From assembly GCA_965287045.1 (NCBI GenBank), contig OZ336885.1, forward strand, positions 38,936,001 to 39,000,000: a DNA stretch of 64,000 nucleotides, read 5' to 3'. The position numbers were made by a program, and so were the translations under genes. This document shows, piece by piece, positions 60,708 to 64,000 of this stretch. The notes beneath the pieces were generated by a model, which was given only the letters and a program-made list of their open reading frames with translations, did no database searches and was not told where the DNA came from. Numbering within the stretch: position 1 is the first letter of the stretch; every line of letters begins with the position of its first letter. This stretch comes from Carcharhinus amblyrhynchos. Its lineage: Eukaryota.

Positions 60708-62026
60708 AAAGAATAATTTCGCATTTTGTGTGTATTAAGTGAAGAAGGAATTATTGCAATTCAGTTTTCGCATTTAAGTTATAAACCAAAACATTAAAGA
60801 TCAAATGTATGAAATTGTAAAGAGGTTCATTAAACAAAACATTATCTGATCTTCTTTGGCAGTGCTCATCTGTAGCCTGAGTACATTTGTAATGTTTGCC
60901 TGCTAGTTTAACCTGTTCCTTTGCAGCACTGTGGGATAGTGCTGTGGATGGGCATCCCCTGAGACCAAAAGCCCCTTGCTATCAACATCTTCTCTAGGTT
61001 GGGTGCGACTTGGGTCCTATCCTTGATGAGACGTCCAATTTCTCTCCAGTGTTAAGAACCCCACTGATGTGGCCTGTGAGAGTGCCTCAAAGGATAACTT
61101 GAAACATTAGTTCTTGGTGGAGTATATTGTTTGGAATAATGTGAGGAGCTGTGTGCAATCCAGTGAGAAGCTAGTCCAGTCATTGTGGAAAAAATTATAT
61201 TTAAAAGAAAGATGTTATGATACTGAATTAAATACACTGTTTTATCTGAAATTACCCTTTTGCCAAACAACATCCACTTTAGTAACCCTATGATTCAAAT
61301 CCAGCTCACATTTACTGCACAGCACAGGTTAGATGACAATGTTTGGGAAAGCACCTTTTGCTGGTTCATGGAAGGTACAAAACTACATCTCTTAGGGGAT
61401 AATATTTGCCATGGCTCTTAATGTTTGATGGAACAGGGCTCCATGGCTCTGATCATAGATGGAATTGGCATGTCTGGCTGTTGGATGAAAAACCAACCTT
61501 CTTCCCTAGAGAAGATGCTAGCAGTTATATTGTTTAGCTGCTTTGATTCCATACTCTGTAGATTCAATTGTCTTTCTACAAAATTTCCCTGCCTTTAGAA
61601 GTAATCAATTTAGTTCAGCCCCACTGATCTCTCGTAAACAATGCTTCTGATATGGCAATTCACTCTTCAATTTCGCCAGATGCCTGCTAATCTTATTACT
61701 GGGAAAAACACGTCATTGCATTCCTCTAGATGCCTGCTAATCATGTTACTTGTCTGTTATTTTGTTTTCATCTCAAGTTCACCGTTAACCTCAATAACTT
61801 CCAAATTCTTGACGGCAGGATGGGAAAAAGGCAGGAAATGATTGGTTTACTTTATCTTATGTGCTTTATGATATTAGGTACTTAAATAAAGTATGAAGTG
61901 TGAAGCCAGACAGTTGTATCTACACGTTTTTGTATATGTAGATAATTTACCAGCTCTTTTAGTAAAAGCTTGGAATGTTAAGTTGAAAATAAACAAGTTT
62001 AACAGTTGTGATTCAGGATACACTCA

Positions 62027-62119
62027 GGCCAGAATTTTACCGGCATGCCCTTCCTGATTCTATTGGTCTTGGCCTGGATCGTATGAACGTCAGGTGGACA
62101 TGTTGGTAAAATTCCACCC
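62027..62119. mobile_element. 93-bp hairpin MITE with 3-bp TSD
   Basis: GGCCAGAATTTTACCGGCATGCCC and GGACATGTTGGTAAAATTCCACCC; TCA on both flanks. Confidence 0.75.
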
Positions 62120-62717
62120 TCAGTTTTTTAAAATCAATTGTAAAAATACATACTGGATACATGTTTGCAGAACAACGGAAAACGCAATCATAAAATATTA
62201 CTCAGAAGCTATTACACAGTTTGGAAAATGTATGTTCCAGAATACTTGTGATTTTTCTTTGTCAGTTTCATGTTACCCTTCATTCCAATGGATAATTTCC
62301 AGCAGATTTTACTGAAACTGAAAGCAGGTATGAAACAAGCACGTTTTAAAAAAAACACTAAGGCTAAGTTTTCCACTAGCTGATGAGTGTTCCATTTATC
62401 TCAGCATGTGTTTTACCTGAAGGCAATAGCAAAAATGCATTCCAGTTCAATGGTACCAGCCAGAATACACTCTGCATGGAAAATAACCCAATTAAAGAAA
62501 ACAATATATTGGCTACAACTGGAATAAACAAAGATTTCATTAATCCGGTGCCTTTTACTTGGAATACTGGGCATGTTTGAGGAGGGATATGATGAAATAG
62601 TTGGCGCAAAACTTGGTCACTGGTGAAAAGGGGACAAACTAGCTCTGTCAATATCAAGGCCAAATATACTCAAAGAAATATTAACAGTCTAATAACTAGG
62701 AAGAAAAATGACATGAA

Positions 62718-63015
62718 TATAGAACATAGAACCCCTACAGTGCAGAATGAAGTCATCCAGCCCATTAAATTTGCATCAACTCTCCAAAAGGGCACCCCAC
62801 CCAGACCCTCCCTTCCCCCAAACCTACCCATTCACCATGGTTAATCCACGTAACGTACACATCTTTGGATAGTGGAAGAAACCACAGCACCCAAAGGACT
62901 CTCACATAAAGATGGGGAGAATGTGCAAAAACGACACAAATAGTCACCTGAGGCTGTAATCGAACCAGTGTCCTTTGCGCTGTGAGACACTAGTGCTGAA
63001 GATTGTGCCAATGTA
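62718..63015 (-). mobile_element. HE1-like V-SINE (old)
   Basis: Decayed head and V-domain; tail rc ggggttctatgttctat. Confidence 0.75.
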
Positions 63016-63543
63016 CTGCCCTAACCTAATAAGCCAACAATTCAGCCCCATTTTGAGAGAGCCATACTGTATAGGTAGTATTACTGAAAGATCCTTTACT
63101 CTAAAGTTACTGGAAAAGATGCCTTATGGCCTACAGATAATTAGGAATAAGGCAAATTAATTATAAAGACAATTCACTTATATAATGATGTAGTGATTGT
63201 CCCACTTCAGTGCTTTCCATGGCCAAAGCTATCTACGTTGCATGTTTAAAATTTATGTCAACGTCTGCAAGCAATCTGCTTTGAATAGAATAGTTGCTCA
63301 TACCACAGACTAACCTATCTAATAATATGTGGTTTAGGGTGGCTCCAAAATCACAATACTCTGATAATTGCTTCAGTTAAGCAATGTTAGTAATGATCAA
63401 TTTGCCTGGGGTTCTCACCCTTGAAAGTTGAATCTCTGGAGTATGACTGATTGTCAAGAGTGCAACTGAGCCTTAACTACATCGACAAACTCATTAAATG
63501 ATTTGAAGTCAGGTACGCTTGGGGCTGCAAGACTGCAAATAAG

Positions 63544-63909
63544 AGGAGGTGATGGTATTATAATAGTATTAGCACTAGACTATTAATCCAGAAACTCAGC
63601 TGATGTTCTGGGGACCCGGGTTCAAATCCCACCATGGCAGGTGGTGGAATTCAATTAAAAAAATCTGGAATTAAGTATCTACTGATGACCATGAAAGCAT
63701 TGCCGAATCTTGGAAAAATCCATCTGGTTCATTAATGTCCTTTAGGGAAGGAAATCTGCCATCCCTAACTGGTCTGGCCTACATGTGACTCCAGAGCCAC
63801 ATCAATATAATTGACTCTCAACTGCTCTCAGGCAACTAGGAATGGGCAATAAATGCTGGCCAGCCAGTGATGCCCATGTCCCATGAAGGAATGAATAAAG
63901 AATAAAAAA
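63544..63909 (+). mobile_element. Full-length SlmI/SacSINE2-like tRNA-derived SINE
   Basis: B box ggttcaaatccc, core catctggttcattaatgtcctttagggaaggaaatctgcc, LINE-type tail and A-rich end. Confidence 0.85.
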
Positions 63910-64000
63910 TACTGAGTTCCACACTTAACAGCCTTACATTTTGCCTCCTCCTTTATTTTGTTTATTTCAAAATAATACTTGAGACATCTGACATATTGGG

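Noticed and set aside
1-64000. CRISPR arrays, operons or prokaryotic defence systems
   Set aside because: No regularly spaced repeat-spacer arrays and no gene-dense architecture; the DNA is vertebrate

Overview
Eukaryotic, AT-rich, repeat-dense DNA, most likely from a shark. The basis is about 12 HE1-like V-SINEs, SacSINE1-like Deu-SINEs and many CR1 LINE fragments; family names are from memory of published consensus sequences, not from a search. I found no host protein-coding gene, tRNA, rRNA or CRISPR. Every recognisable ORF is transposon-derived: CR1, RSg-1-like, Rex1/Babar, RTE and Tx1 LINE fragments, Gypsy gag/pol remnants, and Harbinger Myb and transposase remnants. The window looks like a gene desert or large intron, with layered nested insertions separated by repeat-free islands rich in MEIS/PBX/HOX motifs that may be conserved enhancers. 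The most interesting items are: (1) a Penelope-type hammerhead ribozyme core whose 7-nt duplication creates an intramolecular helix III; (2) a compact non-autonomous LTR element with two LTRs, a tRNA-Ser PBS and a PPT; (3) a decayed two-gene Harbinger with a size series of related MITEs; (4) tail-swapped HE1 SINEs and SINE/LINE partner pairs; (5) a clean solo LTR with a 5-bp TSD beside a candidate enhancer cluster. I see no convincing wholly new biological system. Boundaries of old elements are approximate.
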